From contig NC_087250.1 in the NCBI RefSeq assembly GCF_037042905.1, positions 10,852,001 through 10,916,000 on the forward strand: 64,000 nucleotides of DNA, written 5' to 3'. Below, one piece after another: positions 37,665 to 50,404 of the stretch. The position numbers and the translations under genes are program-made. The stretch comes from Lytechinus pictus. Taxonomy: Eukaryota. How positions within the stretch are numbered: the first letter of the stretch is position 1; the number at the start of each line of letters is the position of its first letter. Under the pieces are notes generated by a model. That model saw nothing but the letters and a program-made list of their open reading frames with translations. It was not told the origin of the DNA and did not search any database.

Positions 37665-39847
37665 TAGGGGGTGGGCAAATGATATTTTTTTTAAACGGGT
37701 AGATTCTATGACAATTTTGACTGCTGAGCCCAAATCCGACATCCGTTTTGACTTACGATGTAGTTTTATATTGCTTCCTAGCGATTTTTCAAAATGGTCG
37801 CCAATTCCCTTCCAAATCAGTGTTTTATCAGGTAAATCCTTAAATATCTATACAAATAAATAAGACTTGCAGTATATCTAAATATATGTTTTCATGGTCA
37901 ATGAGCACAATAATGTATGAATCAGATAAGTTTAGTCAATTAAAATGGCGATTTTTGTGAAAAACAGCATTTTTGGGTATTTTTGGTAAAAATTGCCTCC
38001 ATATCACGATTTATGTACATAAAATCTTAATTATCTATTCATCTGTAGTTTGTTAAATGTCTAAATATTTGTTTTCATGGCCACTGAGTCCAAAAGTAGA
38101 TAAAACGGATATGTTTGGTCTTTTGTACTCTCCTTTTCAGTCAAAAATCACATTTTCTGTAATTGTTGGTAAAAATTACTGAATACAGACTGCGAATATT
38201 CATGCAACTACAGCTTGTCATCTGTCTATAATCTTGTTTTCTTGCTATTTCTAAGGCAGTTAGAAATGCATCAATTGAATTGTCAGAATTAAAAGAATCT
38301 GTACTCTAGTGGATTTTTTTTCGAATATAACTCCCCTCCCCCGAAAAAAAATATACATAAAATAATAATAATAAATAAAAACAATGCAGGATTCAAATAT
38401 TCAAATATTAGCATATCATCATGGTGATAATAAAAACACGAAAAACAAAAACAAGATTTTAAAAACTATACAAAATGCATACTGTGAGCCGATAGCATCC
38501 TGGGGAACATTTCATTAATATTTTCATCCGACAAGTTGCCAAGTCTGACAACTTTCCTTGAGAATAATTGACTGAGACTCACTGTTACCTTGGTAACTGT
38601 CGGATAAAACAGCACTTATCGGATAAACTTCTGACAAGTTCTTTCATGAAACCCTGGGTGACAGAAGATATAATGCAGTACCAACGTTTAAAGGGTTCAT
38701 AGCCAATAGATTCAGTAATTGCTTGGGAGTTTCTGTTATGCCATGAAATTAAAAAAAAAAAATTATCAATTTAGTTCATACATGTATCAACAAATTCACA
38801 GTCTCTATAATCATTCAAAATTAATGTTTCACACGCTGTTTTATACATATCTACATAATTATTGGTTATCTTGTCATATTCTCAATGATAATGATGATGG
38901 AACTGCTGGGCATCAATGAAAATGGGTAATAAGGATACTGTAGAAAAAAACATGAATAAGAATGAAAATGTCCCTTTATCCTTCATACATGTACATGTAA
39001 GTTGAGTTTAAGAAGATATGTATGCAGGCTAATCATATGTAAGACAAATACTTGCCGAGAATCAGATGCCCAAGACTGACTACTTCAGAAAATCGAACAA
39101 TAATCATGATAATGGCAACAATTCCTGTCTGTATATTTTAATTTGAGGTACGATATGTAATTTTTCAAAAGCTGGACTAACATAGTTATTGATGAACTCT
39201 TTCCAGGAAGAATATATTTGTAAATGGTGAATCAAAAAGCAAGGAGATGAGGGATCTCAAAATGCTTGGCTCACTGTTCTGTAGAGGACAATACAGTCGA
39301 ATCAGTCTTTCTTGCAACTGTATTGTTAGCATTGTACAATAAGAAGGAAAATCTATACGTATGGTCTAATGACAAAAATATTAATATTAGCAATTCTCAC
39401 AAAAAAACTGCTCCTGGGTGAAATTGTTAATCTTTGGTCCATAATAGCTCCAGTTATATTGCAGATAAGGAATGTGAAAGCAGCAGATGAACTTATGTTT
39501 AAAATTGAAGAAATCTGTGAAGAACCGGAAAGCCTCATCGAAAACACATTTACATGTATATCAGACAATAGTATCGCTGATGACATCAGCACTCTGCTAC
39601 CAAATATAGTGTAAATAATGCACATTATATTATGAATAAGCCTACATGTAGATTGCATGGCGAAATAGGAATTTAATGAAAACCCTCATTTCTGTACTTT
39701 GACAATGTTTACGAAAATGTAAATTTTCCCTTCTGTTTAACAACATAAAATGTTGTACATAAGTCTGTTATTTGATATTATTTTTTTTCTTCATTTTTTA
39801 ATAAATAATCAGGAGATATTCTCAGAAAGACTAAAAATATTCACATA

Positions 39848-39878
<31 letters not shown>

Positions 39879-39879
39879 C

Positions 39880-39931
<52 letters not shown>

Positions 39932-40650
39932 GAGGAAAATATAATGATTATGTATATACACACACACACAGCAATAATTGCATGACTTGTACGCATCTGA
40001 AATCCTGCATTGAAATTATTAGTATTTTTTTTGGAGGGGGAGGGGTAATATTTGACAAAAATCAATTAAAATACAGATTATTTTAATTCAGACAATACAT
40101 TTGAAATCTTTAACTGTATAAAAATCACAAAAAAGGAGGTTATAGACAAATTACAAGCTGTAGTTGCATGAATATTTGCAGTGTTTAGTCAGAAAATTTA
40201 CCAACAAATACAGAAAAAGTGGTTTTTGTCTAAAAAAAAGTCAGTACGAAAGACCAAACATGTCTGCTTTATTTATTGTTGGACTCATTGGCCATGAAAA
40301 CATGTATTTAGACATACAACAAACTACAAATGAACGGATAATCAAGGTTCTATGTACAAAAATCGTCATTTTGGAGCAATTTTTACCAAAAATTACCCCA
40401 AAACACTGTTTTTCACCAAATATCATCATTTAAAATGGCTTAACTTGTCTGATTCGTGTATTTGTGCGCTCAGTGACCATGCAGAAATATAGTTCGATAC
40501 ATTGCAAGCCTCATTTGTATAGATATTTAAGGATTTACATGTGAAAACTCTGATATGGAAGGAATTAGGCGGCCATTTTGAAAAATTGCTTGGAACCAAT
40601 ATCAGACGTATTCTAAAATACTTATTCGATTTGTGTTTTGCCCACACCTA
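37665..40650. mobile_element. Academ-like long-TIR element
   Basis: tagggggtgggcaaa / tttgcccacaccta ends; about 600-bp diverged TIRs (37770-38300 versus 40070-40600); no clean TSD. Confidence 0.7.
39848..39931. repeat. (TA)n microsatellite
   Basis: Direct reading. Confidence 0.95.
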
Positions 40651-41057
40651 CTTATAGATGATTGTACCCGGATATGTAAGTCAACATTTGTTAAGTGTTA
40701 AATGATCTGCAATTTCAAATAAATTTTTATAACAATGTCAGACTTCAAAATGGTCGTCAAAACGGTATATTTTTAGCTGCAATGAATTGATAAGTGTAAT
40801 TTAAAAATCAATTTTGGCAAGATTATCTCATGCGATTTGATATTCCGACAAAACTAGGTGTAATGGTTGCAAAAAAGTCATCATTTACCACACATTAGTA
40901 TTGAGAAGGAATTTCTATTTAAAAACAAATGGCATGTAAGCGTTACATAAATATTCCACATTTATAATTTGTGCAAAATTTGTCTTAACTCAAATATATC
41001 TGGTAGTCCACCCTGAGCCGTCGAATGTAAAGCAGATATCAATATAACTTAACTTAC

Positions 41058-41245
41058 TGGGTGGGTGATATAGTAAATTTCCTGTCCTCCAAAGTCCCAG
41101 ATGCTGTATGTTGTTCCGCCTTCCGAAGACTTTATGTTTGTAACCTGTCGAGTAGAAAGGGCTTTTACTAATCCATCAATTTTGGGGGTTTCCAATTTTC
41201 TTTTCTTTCCAGGTACTTGGCTTCCTCGACTAGTAAAGGGCGTGA
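41058..41245 (-). CDS. Roco-family gene exon with the Roc G3 motif
   Basis: ttccag|(2 nt)TPFTSRGSQVPGKKRKLETPKIDGLVKALSTRQVTNIKSSEGGTTYSIWDFGGQEIYYITHP|gtaagt; 188 nt. Confidence 0.9.
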
Positions 41246-43854
41246 CTGGAAATTATTCATTATGATAAAGAAAAAAAATGACAAGGTAATTTAAGATTGC
41301 AGCAATGTTGAGTTCGTGACTTCAAAATATCAAGTAGTGTCTCTTTATCAAGTTCCCTTTGAATATCTGGGGATACTAATTTTACAAACGCTCCATAAAA
41401 TATAAGAAATACGTTGTTTTTTTTTCCTTTATAGTTAGAGAAAAAAAAACATGGCCAAAGTACACTTGCTGTGTTGACTACAAACCTTGGTCACGTAGTC
41501 TGAAATTCATGCGGAATAATTAGTTAGACGTGATAACTCTGTCAACGTATCATGAAGTAGGTCTTTATATAATATTCTAAGTATTGATCATGTTGATGAC
41601 ATTTCAGAACACATGACCTTGGTTAAGATTCCAAAGTTAACGACGACGCTTTCACCGCCGCTGCCGTCGAAGAAACGGCGCCTTTATCATCTAAGTCTCG
41701 TTTTGCTATGTAGTTGAAAGTAAAGGATCGTACTGAAGATCATAAAAACTGTATTAGAACATTTCGCCAGACAACTCCCCTGGAGTCAGGTTAAATTTAG
41801 ACACCATGCACATGACCTTTTTTATTCAAACAATATCCCGAATCACCCTCCCATTTATTAACATGTTTCTAGTAAATATTGAAAAAAAAATACAAACTAA
41901 TTTGTATCGCCTTCGGAGGACACTACGCAGAACACTTTTATATTCACTGCCCCCAAATTTTGAAATTTCCTTCCTCTAAATATAAAGAGAGCTTAAGCTT
42001 AAAAACATTTCTTCTATTTTTTAGTGTTTAAAAAAGTCAAGAATTGTTTCCTTCTTACAACAACCCCCCCTTGTATATTTAATAATCATGCAAGCCCCCC
42101 CCCCCTTCATACCGTCCCTTTTCCCCATGAACTTCCTCTCATTGTTTTCCCCATATCATTCTGCTGTATCTTATTCTGTCTTCGGGAAGCCCCCACCCCC
42201 ATACTTAATGTTTCAGTTATGATTATCCCTGAAGTCCAATTCTCCGCGGTTGCTCCGTTAACACTCTCTACTTTGTATTTGTATTTGCGTTCTGTTGAAG
42301 TTATGAGCGTTCTACAAGCATGGGTTCTTAGCTGGCATTTTTTTCTCTCTCTCTCCTTTAAGCATACATCCAACTATTCATACTTTAAAAATGTTTGATT
42401 TTTTTTTTATAAAAATGATACGAGTTTACTGTATTTTGTTTATATTGACATTATCAATTTCCAACTGTGAGCTCATTATTCTTGATGATTTTTGTTTATA
42501 GTTGATTAGTATTTCTGTATTTCTGATTTCTATTTTGAAAATAGAAATAGGAGTGGGCTATAAATGGGTGTAAATTTGTTTTTGACTGTGCCAACACTTT
42601 TATTGTGTTCCTTTTATCTAATCTCAACATGAAATAACAATATTTCATTCCTCGGGTCCGATAAAAAAGAGTGCCGGGCCAAAATCCAAAATGGCCACCA
42701 ACCCCCCCCCCCAAAAAAAAAAAAATAACATTTTAGGCCACAACTTCTTTATTTGGTGGCCCTTTTTTCTGGTTTTGGTGTCTATTCATATGTTTTGGGG
42801 GCAGGCAATTTGTTTTTCCTAATATTAGTACTTTAAACCATTAATTGTTTTAAGTTAAAATGAGATTTTACTTAAAATTCTACATTTTTGGAGCCCTTTT
42901 TAGCCAAAAAGTAGGTTTCATCGTGTTGTGATTCTTGGACAATAGACGATACTTGTTGAACAGTAGCAAGCTGATCCATATAGCTATATTGCTTTCATTC
43001 CTCTAAAATTGGCGTTTACGGATACTTGCGAGATATCTTTTCAAATAAAATAATATATCATTCATTCATAGGGGTTATACGGTGTACAATGTACTGTATA
43101 TACTACACCTCATATATATCCATGCACTGACCATCATGACATACATGTATAACAAGGCCTACATGTATATAAACTATAGTGTCATGGAAATGAGCCCCTG
43201 ATGTTAAAAATTAGATTGTGAATTTGATTACTTGTCAGCTGATATACATGATGTAACCCGATGTAACATGATTTGCACACAAACACCACAAGTACAATGT
43301 AGGCTATATCATATATATGTACTTAACATTTGTTGCCATATCTTCTTCAATTTGAGGGTTTTTTTACTTGGTTGTGGTGTCTGACCCTATGTTTATGGGG
43401 TCAGGTAACTACCATGGTAATACTGATCAACAGCCAATCAGTATCAAGGATTTCATGCAAGTTACCATTGAATGGCAAAGTTAACATAATGGTAACTTTT
43501 ATGCAACAGGGCCCAGAAAAGCTACAGTGCCAAAAAAGCTACAGTGTGAATGCCATAATGTAGGGTTGACTATAATCAATTGTTAATGATATTTACCTCT
43601 CTCTGCCCCATGATTAAGTATGTTTGATCAAACATGTCTTCAATTTCTGAGACAAAACATATCTTCAATGTCAGAGGCATTCAATTACAAACATAAGAGC
43701 TTGTTTATATGACATTATAGTTTATACAGACCTTGTTATATGTCATGGCTGTGAATGCATGGACATACATGTAACTACATGTATGCAGAGAAGTATACAG
43801 TACAATAGCCTGTAGGGATAAATGGCATTTTTTTATTTAGAAAGTCAAAAAGGG

Positions 43855-43893
43855 GCCTAAGCTTTCGATCCTAGCAGAATCTTCGTCGGAGGC
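43855..43893 (-). ncRNA. Minimal hammerhead ribozyme variant (3' pLTR)
   Basis: GCCT-CCGACGA-A-GATTCT-GCT-AGGATC-GAA-AGCT-T-AGGC. Confidence 0.8.
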
Positions 43894-44483
43894 AAAATGA
43901 CAAACATATAAAGTGGAACAACCATAATATAGACCACAAACAAGCTACAGCAACACTAGAAACAAGGAGAGAAAAGGGGCATTAGTGAGTAGAGAAGACC
44001 AATCAGGTTAGTGAAGGGGATGAAAGAAAAGGAGTAGGCAGACGCAAAGGGAAGTTAGTGTAAGTAAGGCCAGTAAAAGACCTCAAGCCAAGAGGGATTA
44101 AAATAATGAGGCAGGCAACATCAAACAGGATCTGGAACAAAACAGTGATAATGGGATGAAAAACAAGAGAATTAGTGAGAGGTGGGTCAAACAGGTTACA
44201 AAGAAAGGCTTAATAAACTGGTGCATAAGAGTGGGGGGGGGGGGGGAAAGAAAAAGAATCGGGAACAACTGATAATGTGCAAAAGACATATAAGTATATA
44301 TGATAAAGCATTAAACAAACTAAGAGAAGAAGGTAAGTGTAAATATGTATCTATAAGTGATATGTATATAAATATATCCAAAAAAGAAATGTATATGAAA
44401 AAATATATAAATACACATATGGTGTAACTGATATTGTAATCCGCTAGGTGTGACGGGAAAAAAACATAAGACTATATAGTAGG

Positions 44484-44522
<39 letters not shown>

Positions 44523-44659
44523 TATATGTGAAAAAGAGGAAGCAAATTGCCTAAGAAGGTAAAAGCAAATATAGAAGAGAGGGGGTGTATTATGAAGAAA
44601 CCATAGTATACATGTAAATAAGCAAATGTGGTAAATCTAAAAGAGGTGAGTGGAGAAAA

Positions 44660-44696
<37 letters not shown>

Positions 44697-44853
44697 ATTA
44701 TTATATCGCCTGAATAAGGAAGGAAAAATTGGAGCTGAGCTTGTATGAGATATGGGAGGAAAGTAGAGTAAGAAACTATAATGTAACTATTCAAAAGAGC
44801 TGAGGGGAAAAATTATATGTATATATAAATTGAAAGTGGATAGGAAAGAAAAA

Positions 44854-47520
44854 TCAGTCGTTCCCCTCTTGGATGTTCAGGCCATGAGGTTGGGTGGTGC
44901 GAAGTCGTCTCATCCAGAGCTTCTCCCTGCTAGTACGGACTGAGTCAGGACGGGTACCTAAAGATTCGATGCCCTGTAGCATCATGTCAGTGATGGAGTG
45001 GTTGGGGAGGTTAAAATGGCGGCCAACTGGAGTGTCCAGCTTTGCTGTGTTGACGGTGGATCTGTGCCCGTAGAATCGTTTCTTGAGTGTGGTCTTGGTT
45101 TCCCCTATGTATTGTACCCTACAAACTCTGCAAGTGATGAGATATACAACATTAGTGGTAGTGCATGTGATGTTGCCCTTGATTTGGTGAGACAGGCTGG
45201 TAGAGTTGCTGGTGAAAGTATCGCCCTCGTGAAGGTGTATTTCACATATGATGCACCTGTTGCTGGTGCATTTGAAGGTGCCATGCTGTATGGGAGAAGA
45301 ATGATTAGTGAGGGAGGGCACTTTAGCACGAACAATGAGGTCCCTGAGATTCGGTGGGCGTCGGTATGCTAGAAGGGGAGTATCGGGAACGGCCTGTTGG
45401 AGACGATCAGAAGTGTGTAAAATGTGGTGGTTATCAAACAGGATTTTGCGGAGAGGGGGTAGATTGGGATGGAAGGTGGTCACAAGCGGTATTCTGTCGG
45501 TGGTCTCCTTGTCACTTTTTGGTTTGAGAACTTCAGATCTGGGGAGAGAACGAACTTTGTTAATTGCCAGTTGGACTGCCCTGGCCCCGTGGCCCCTGGC
45601 ACAGAGATGTTTCTGCAAATTCCTGGCATGGAAGGAAAAATCAGGGTCCTCGGAGCAGATACGGCGAAGTCTGAGGGCTTGACTGTAAGCGATGCCGGTT
45701 TTGCAGTGACGGGGGTGGCAGCTGGATGAGTGGAGGTACTGGTGGGTATCTGTGGGTTTAGAGTATAGGGTAGTGGTGATACCATTAGACTTTTTCTGGA
45801 CTGTAACATCAAGGAAGTGGGTTTCCTGTTGGGAGAAATCAAAAGTGAATTTGATGGTCCTGTGGAAGGAATTGATGTGGTCAATGAATGTATGGAGGCT
45901 GTCTTCATCCCTGGTCCAGATGAAGAAAATGTCGTCTATGTAACGCCACCAAATCCATGGGCGACAGGGGGCTGAATCTAACATCTGCTGTTCCAGCTTC
46001 GTCATGAAGAGACAGGCGAATGAAGGAGCCATCCGGGTGCCCATTGCTGTACCGAATATCTGTAGGTAGTGCTTGCCCATGAATGTGAAGTTGTTTTTTG
46101 TTAGTACATGAGACATCAGAGATTTGATATCGGATATGGGGGGACTGGAATGGCCACTGGCGGCCAAGGCTTCACATGATGCTTGGATACCTTCGTCGTG
46201 GGGAATGCTGGTGTACAGTGAAGAAACATCGAAAGTGCCGATGATCGCAGTCTCGGGTATCTGGTCCTTGATGTCATTAAGATTCCTGAGAAAGTCTGGA
46301 GTGTCGTGGATGTAAGAGGGTGCACGTGAGACAAGGGGCTTAATGTGGTAATCAACAAAAAGGGAGATGTTCTCTGTTGAGGAACCATTTCCTGAGAGGA
46401 TGGGTCGACCGGGGTTGCCAGGTTTGTGGATCTTCGGGAGGAGATAGAAGCGGGCAGGTTTAGCATTAGTAGGGGAGAGAAATTTGTGGGCCTTCTCAGA
46501 GAGATGCTCGTGTTCTTTCATGTCATTCAGTGTCGATTGGATCTGTAGGGAGAAATTACAAGTAGGGTCAGAATCGAGGAGTGCATAGTGAGATCGATTA
46601 TTGAGATGTTTCATGGCTTCATCGATGTACTGCTGGCGGTCCATAACAACGACGGCTGATCCTTTGTCTGCAGGCTTGATGATGATGTCGGACCTGTTTT
46701 TGAGTGATGAGAGAGCCTGGCTTTCTTCTCGAGGAAGGTTGTCATGTGCTCTGGTGTCGAGGGTATCTGTGGAGCGAACTTGGGATGAGACAGCTTGGAT
46801 GTAAGTTTCAAGGGAAGGAACTCTATTCTAAGGTGGAATCCATGTGCTTTTCTTGTAGAAGGGCTCGGGATCAAAAGGGGGTGCATCTAAAAAGAACTCT
46901 TTGAGACGTATCCTGCGATAGAATGTAGAGAGGTCTTGGCTGAGAGCTATCTGTTCAACTTCTGGTGGCGTGGGGCAAAACTTGAGACCTTTAGAGAGAA
47001 GAGAGGTTTCTGCTTGGGAGAGAGGGGAGGATGAGAGATTAACAACCAAATGGGGGGATACATCATTGTTGTTGGTATGTCGTCTAAATCTGTTTGACCG
47101 TTGTCGCTTCTTTGTGAGGTTGCCTATTTTCTTGTTCCTGCGTTCAGTGAGGAGAGACCTGTGTTTTGAGAGATCAGATTCAATTTCATCATTATACTGA
47201 AGCCATTTGGTTTGGGTACAGCAAGAACGTAGTTCGTCTTCCAGGCTACTGATGTCAGCTGAAAAAGAATCAAGAGAAGCAATACACTGTTCAGAGAGGA
47301 TGTTGATTAATCGAACTGAAGCTCAATGTAAGGTCTGGTTCCATCGTTTGCGAAGTTCAGGTGTGAGCGTACCGAGACCGGGAGTGCAATGAAGTTGGAG
47401 GCCTGTGGGTATAATGCGATTGAGGGAATAAAATCTGTAATTGTCCTGGTGAAAAGAGATCTTGAGGGCCTTCAGCTTGATCTTCCTGAGCTGGTGAAAT
47501 AAAGATAGATGGTTAGTCAT
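44854..47520 (-). pseudogene. Penelope-like polyprotein (888 codons: N-terminal domain, DKG, RT, Zn finger, GIY-YIG) with two premature stops
   Basis: One frame from ATG 47520; TGA at 47323-47325 and TAG at 46828-46830; [56 protein letters not shown]...YIGET, PHGLN. Confidence 0.9.
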
Positions 47521-47528
47521 GGTAGAAA

Positions 47529-47835
47529 AGAGACCTAGAATTAAAAAAAGTGTAAAACAAAGAAAATGGATATTCATAACAAATCAAAATATAAAGAAGG
47601 AGAAAAGTCGAGGAGATTTGAACTGGACCTAAAACAGAATGATAATAAGAATACACAAAGTTAATTAAATCAAGCTGAAAGAGACCTAGAATAAAAAATA
47701 AAAAAGGTGTAAAACAAAGAAAATGGAAATTCAAAACAAATCAAATATAAAGAATGAGAAAAGTCGAGTAGATTTGAACTGGACCTAAAACAGAATGATG
47801 ATAAGAATACACAAAGTTAATTAAATCAAGCTGAA
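47529..47835. repeat. Tandem duplication (two units of about 150 bp) in the PLE 5' UTR
   Basis: gagacctagaat...gatttgaactggacctaaaacagaatga...aatcaagctgaaa occurs twice. Confidence 0.9.
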
Positions 47836-48103
47836 AAGTAAAATCGACCAGACAAAGATACCAGAAAAAAACAAAAAACAAAGTTATGCAAGTTTAACTA
47901 TGGAAGGAAAGTAAACAAGAAAACACTAAAATACAAATACAGAAAATCAAACATATATGGATAAAACAAGACAAATTAGATAAGGAGGATCACATGGGAG
48001 TGATACAACAGCAGAATAGGAGATCAATGGCAAAAAGAAGCTGCTGAAAACTGCTTATCTAATAAAAGAGAGCCAATGGAGTAAATTAGAAAGTCAAAAA
48101 GGG

Positions 48104-48142
48104 GCCTAAGCTTTCGATCCTAGCAGAATCTTCGTCGGAGGC
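48104..48142 (-). ncRNA. Minimal hammerhead ribozyme variant (5' pLTR)
   Basis: Identical to 43855-43893. Confidence 0.8.
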
Positions 48143-48747
48143 AAAATTACAAACATATAAAGTGGAACAACCATAATATAGACCACAAACAAGCTACAGC
48201 AACACTAGAAACAAGGATACAAAAGAACCAAGAACCACATGACGATGAAACCTACTTTTTAGCTGCAAAAAGGCTCTCCAAATTAGAAAATTTAGGTAAA
48301 ATCACCTCTTAACTCTACAAATAATGGTTTAAAAGTACTTATTTAGTAAAAACGAATTGCCTTTCCCCAAAACATATGAATAGACACCAAAACCAGAAAA
48401 AAAGGCCACCAAAAATTGTGGCCAAAACTGAGATTTTGGGGGGTTTTGGCGGCCATTTTGGATTTTGGCCCGGCACCCTTTTTCTCGGACCCGAGACAAA
48501 AAATATTGTCATTTCATATTGAGATACATTAAAAGGAATAAGAAGAAAACTGTTGCTATATCAAAATGACAAAAAAGTATTTTTGACCAATGTATAGCCC
48601 ACTCCTAATATAAATAAAATAAATCAATAAAATTTAATTCAATTCAATAAATCCAACTGCAGATATTGTATTAAACTGGCGATGGCGAGGCCACGAGGGG
48701 AAAACCTAATAACGAAGGTTATCTTTAACAGTTGCAGATAATATATA

Positions 48748-49897
48748 CACTACTCAAAAAAAGTTAAGGACCACTTTTTAAAACGTACATAAAGATTTTA
48801 TACAAGGTGTTTTATTTCTGGAAATACCTCAGTACAACTGTCCTAAATGTCCTTAAACACGCTGTAATCAATTTCACGCATGGGTGGTTTCAGTTGTTGC
48901 ACAATGTCTCTCGCATCACTGCACATCCTGAAAAGTGGGCCCCGAGGGGTATCAGCTACCGACATGAAGTGGTAAAAACGAATGTCTGAGTGTCTTTCAG
49001 GCAGTTCAGTAACGAGTGTGACCACCTCCTGCAGCAATAACGGCTTCACAGCGCTGTCTCATGGAGCTGATGAGGCGATTGATGTCTCTGACGTCCAGTG
49101 CATCCCATGCAGCCTCCAGAGCCACACCCAGCTGCTGCAGTCCAAGTGGATGGGCTTCGAGCTGCTCGAGACTCCTCCCCATCATGTCCCAGACGTGCTC
49201 TATCGGGTTTAAGTCCGGGGACCTCGCTGGCCACTCCATACGCTCAATCCCCTGGCCCTCAAGGAACTCGGTCACCACCCTAGCTCGGTGGGCACGGGCA
49301 TTGTCATCCATGAAAATGATGTTTTGTCCCACATTTTCTGCAAATGGCACCACTATAGGTTCAAGGACCTCATCCCTGTACCTCACTCCTGTCATTGCTC
49401 CCCCTGGGACCACGTAGAGACGAGTACGGTTGGCGTAGGTGATGCCTCCCCACACCATGACGCTGCCTCCCCCATAACGGTCATGTTCTGCAATACAGGG
49501 GTCTGCAAATCTCTCTCCTGGTCGCCTCCAGACTCTCGAACGTCCATCATTGTGGTCAAGGGAAAATCTGCTCTCATCTGTGAACAGAACTCTACGCCAT
49601 TGCTGTCTGGTCCATCTGACATGCTCCCGGGCCCAGTTGAGACGAATTCTTCTGTGAGCAGGGGTGAGTGGGACACACTGAGCTGGCCGTCTGGCATGCA
49701 TATTGGCTCTGTGAAGTCGGTTACGGATTGTTTGAGTGGAAACAATCACTCCAGTTGCTGCAGCGAAGTCATTGTTGAGGCGGCGTGCACTGTGAAAGCG
49801 GTTGCGGAGGCTGAGATTCGTCAAGTAGCGATCATCTCTAGGGGTTGTCGAAACTGGTCGGCCACTGCGGGGTCTCTCGGAGTATAGCCCTGTCTTA
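48748..49897 (-). mobile_element. Tc1 transposon, 5'-truncated
   Basis: TA followed by TIR cactactcaaaaaaagttaagga at 48746-48770; transposase ORF; second TIR not found. Confidence 0.85.
49006..49897 (-). pseudogene. Tc1 DD34E transposase lacking the first HTH
   Basis: RSGRP, VLFTDESRF, VWGGI, DDNA-(34)-E in SPDLNPIEHVW, GGHTRY; the first roughly 26 aa of the tracked ORF come from unrelated flank. Confidence 0.88.
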
Positions 49898-50404
49898 ATG
49901 GGTAACTGGCCTCTACTGTCCCCTCCCACACCCGGTGAGTGCAGCAAAGGGACTAGATAATACGCAAACTCCACTCAGTGGAGTGGCGTTATTAACATTA
50001 TAACCATCTTTTTACACTGAAAAGGCGATGCGAGCGCAAAATGTTATTGTGATTGAGACCAAAAAGAAGAGGACATTCTGAGCTATTTTATTTTTTTGGT
50101 AATCATAAGGCTGGGTGCATTCCTAAATACTAAAGAAAATGATGCGAGCGCGAAGTGTGAGCTAAAAATGTATGATATTCAGATCTGAAAATTTATATTT
50201 TGAGCACGTTTCGATGTTTCAAAACCCATGAATCTATAAAAAAAAAGTGCGTAAAGCGTGAGGTGAAATTGTTCATATAATGACCCCCCCCCCCAAATTA
50301 AATTTTCAGCACTGTTAAATAATGTAGGCAGACTGTGAACAGGATATGGCTCTTACCAGATAAATGATGGAAGTGGAAAGTGCGAGGTATATTTTTTACT
50401 ACAA

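Larger units (their letters stand above)
43837..48217 (-). mobile_element. Full-length Neptune-type Penelope-like element with direct pseudo-LTRs
   Basis: 132-bp direct repeats at 43837-43968 and 48086-48217 (one mismatch) around an RT-GIY-YIG frame. Confidence 0.92.
42548..48607. mobile_element. Academ-like long-TIR element hosting the Penelope-like insertion
   Basis: taggagtgggctata / tatagcccactccta ends; about 390-bp TIRs (42548-42940 versus 48228-48607); flanks aaa/ata, so the TSD is imperfect. Confidence 0.75.

Noticed and set aside
47323..47325. In-frame TGA in the PLE ORF as selenocysteine, as in some Naiad PLEs
   Set aside because: The same frame also has a TAG. The TGA is easily explained as CGA decay, the nuclease is C-terminal, and I recognised no SECIS.
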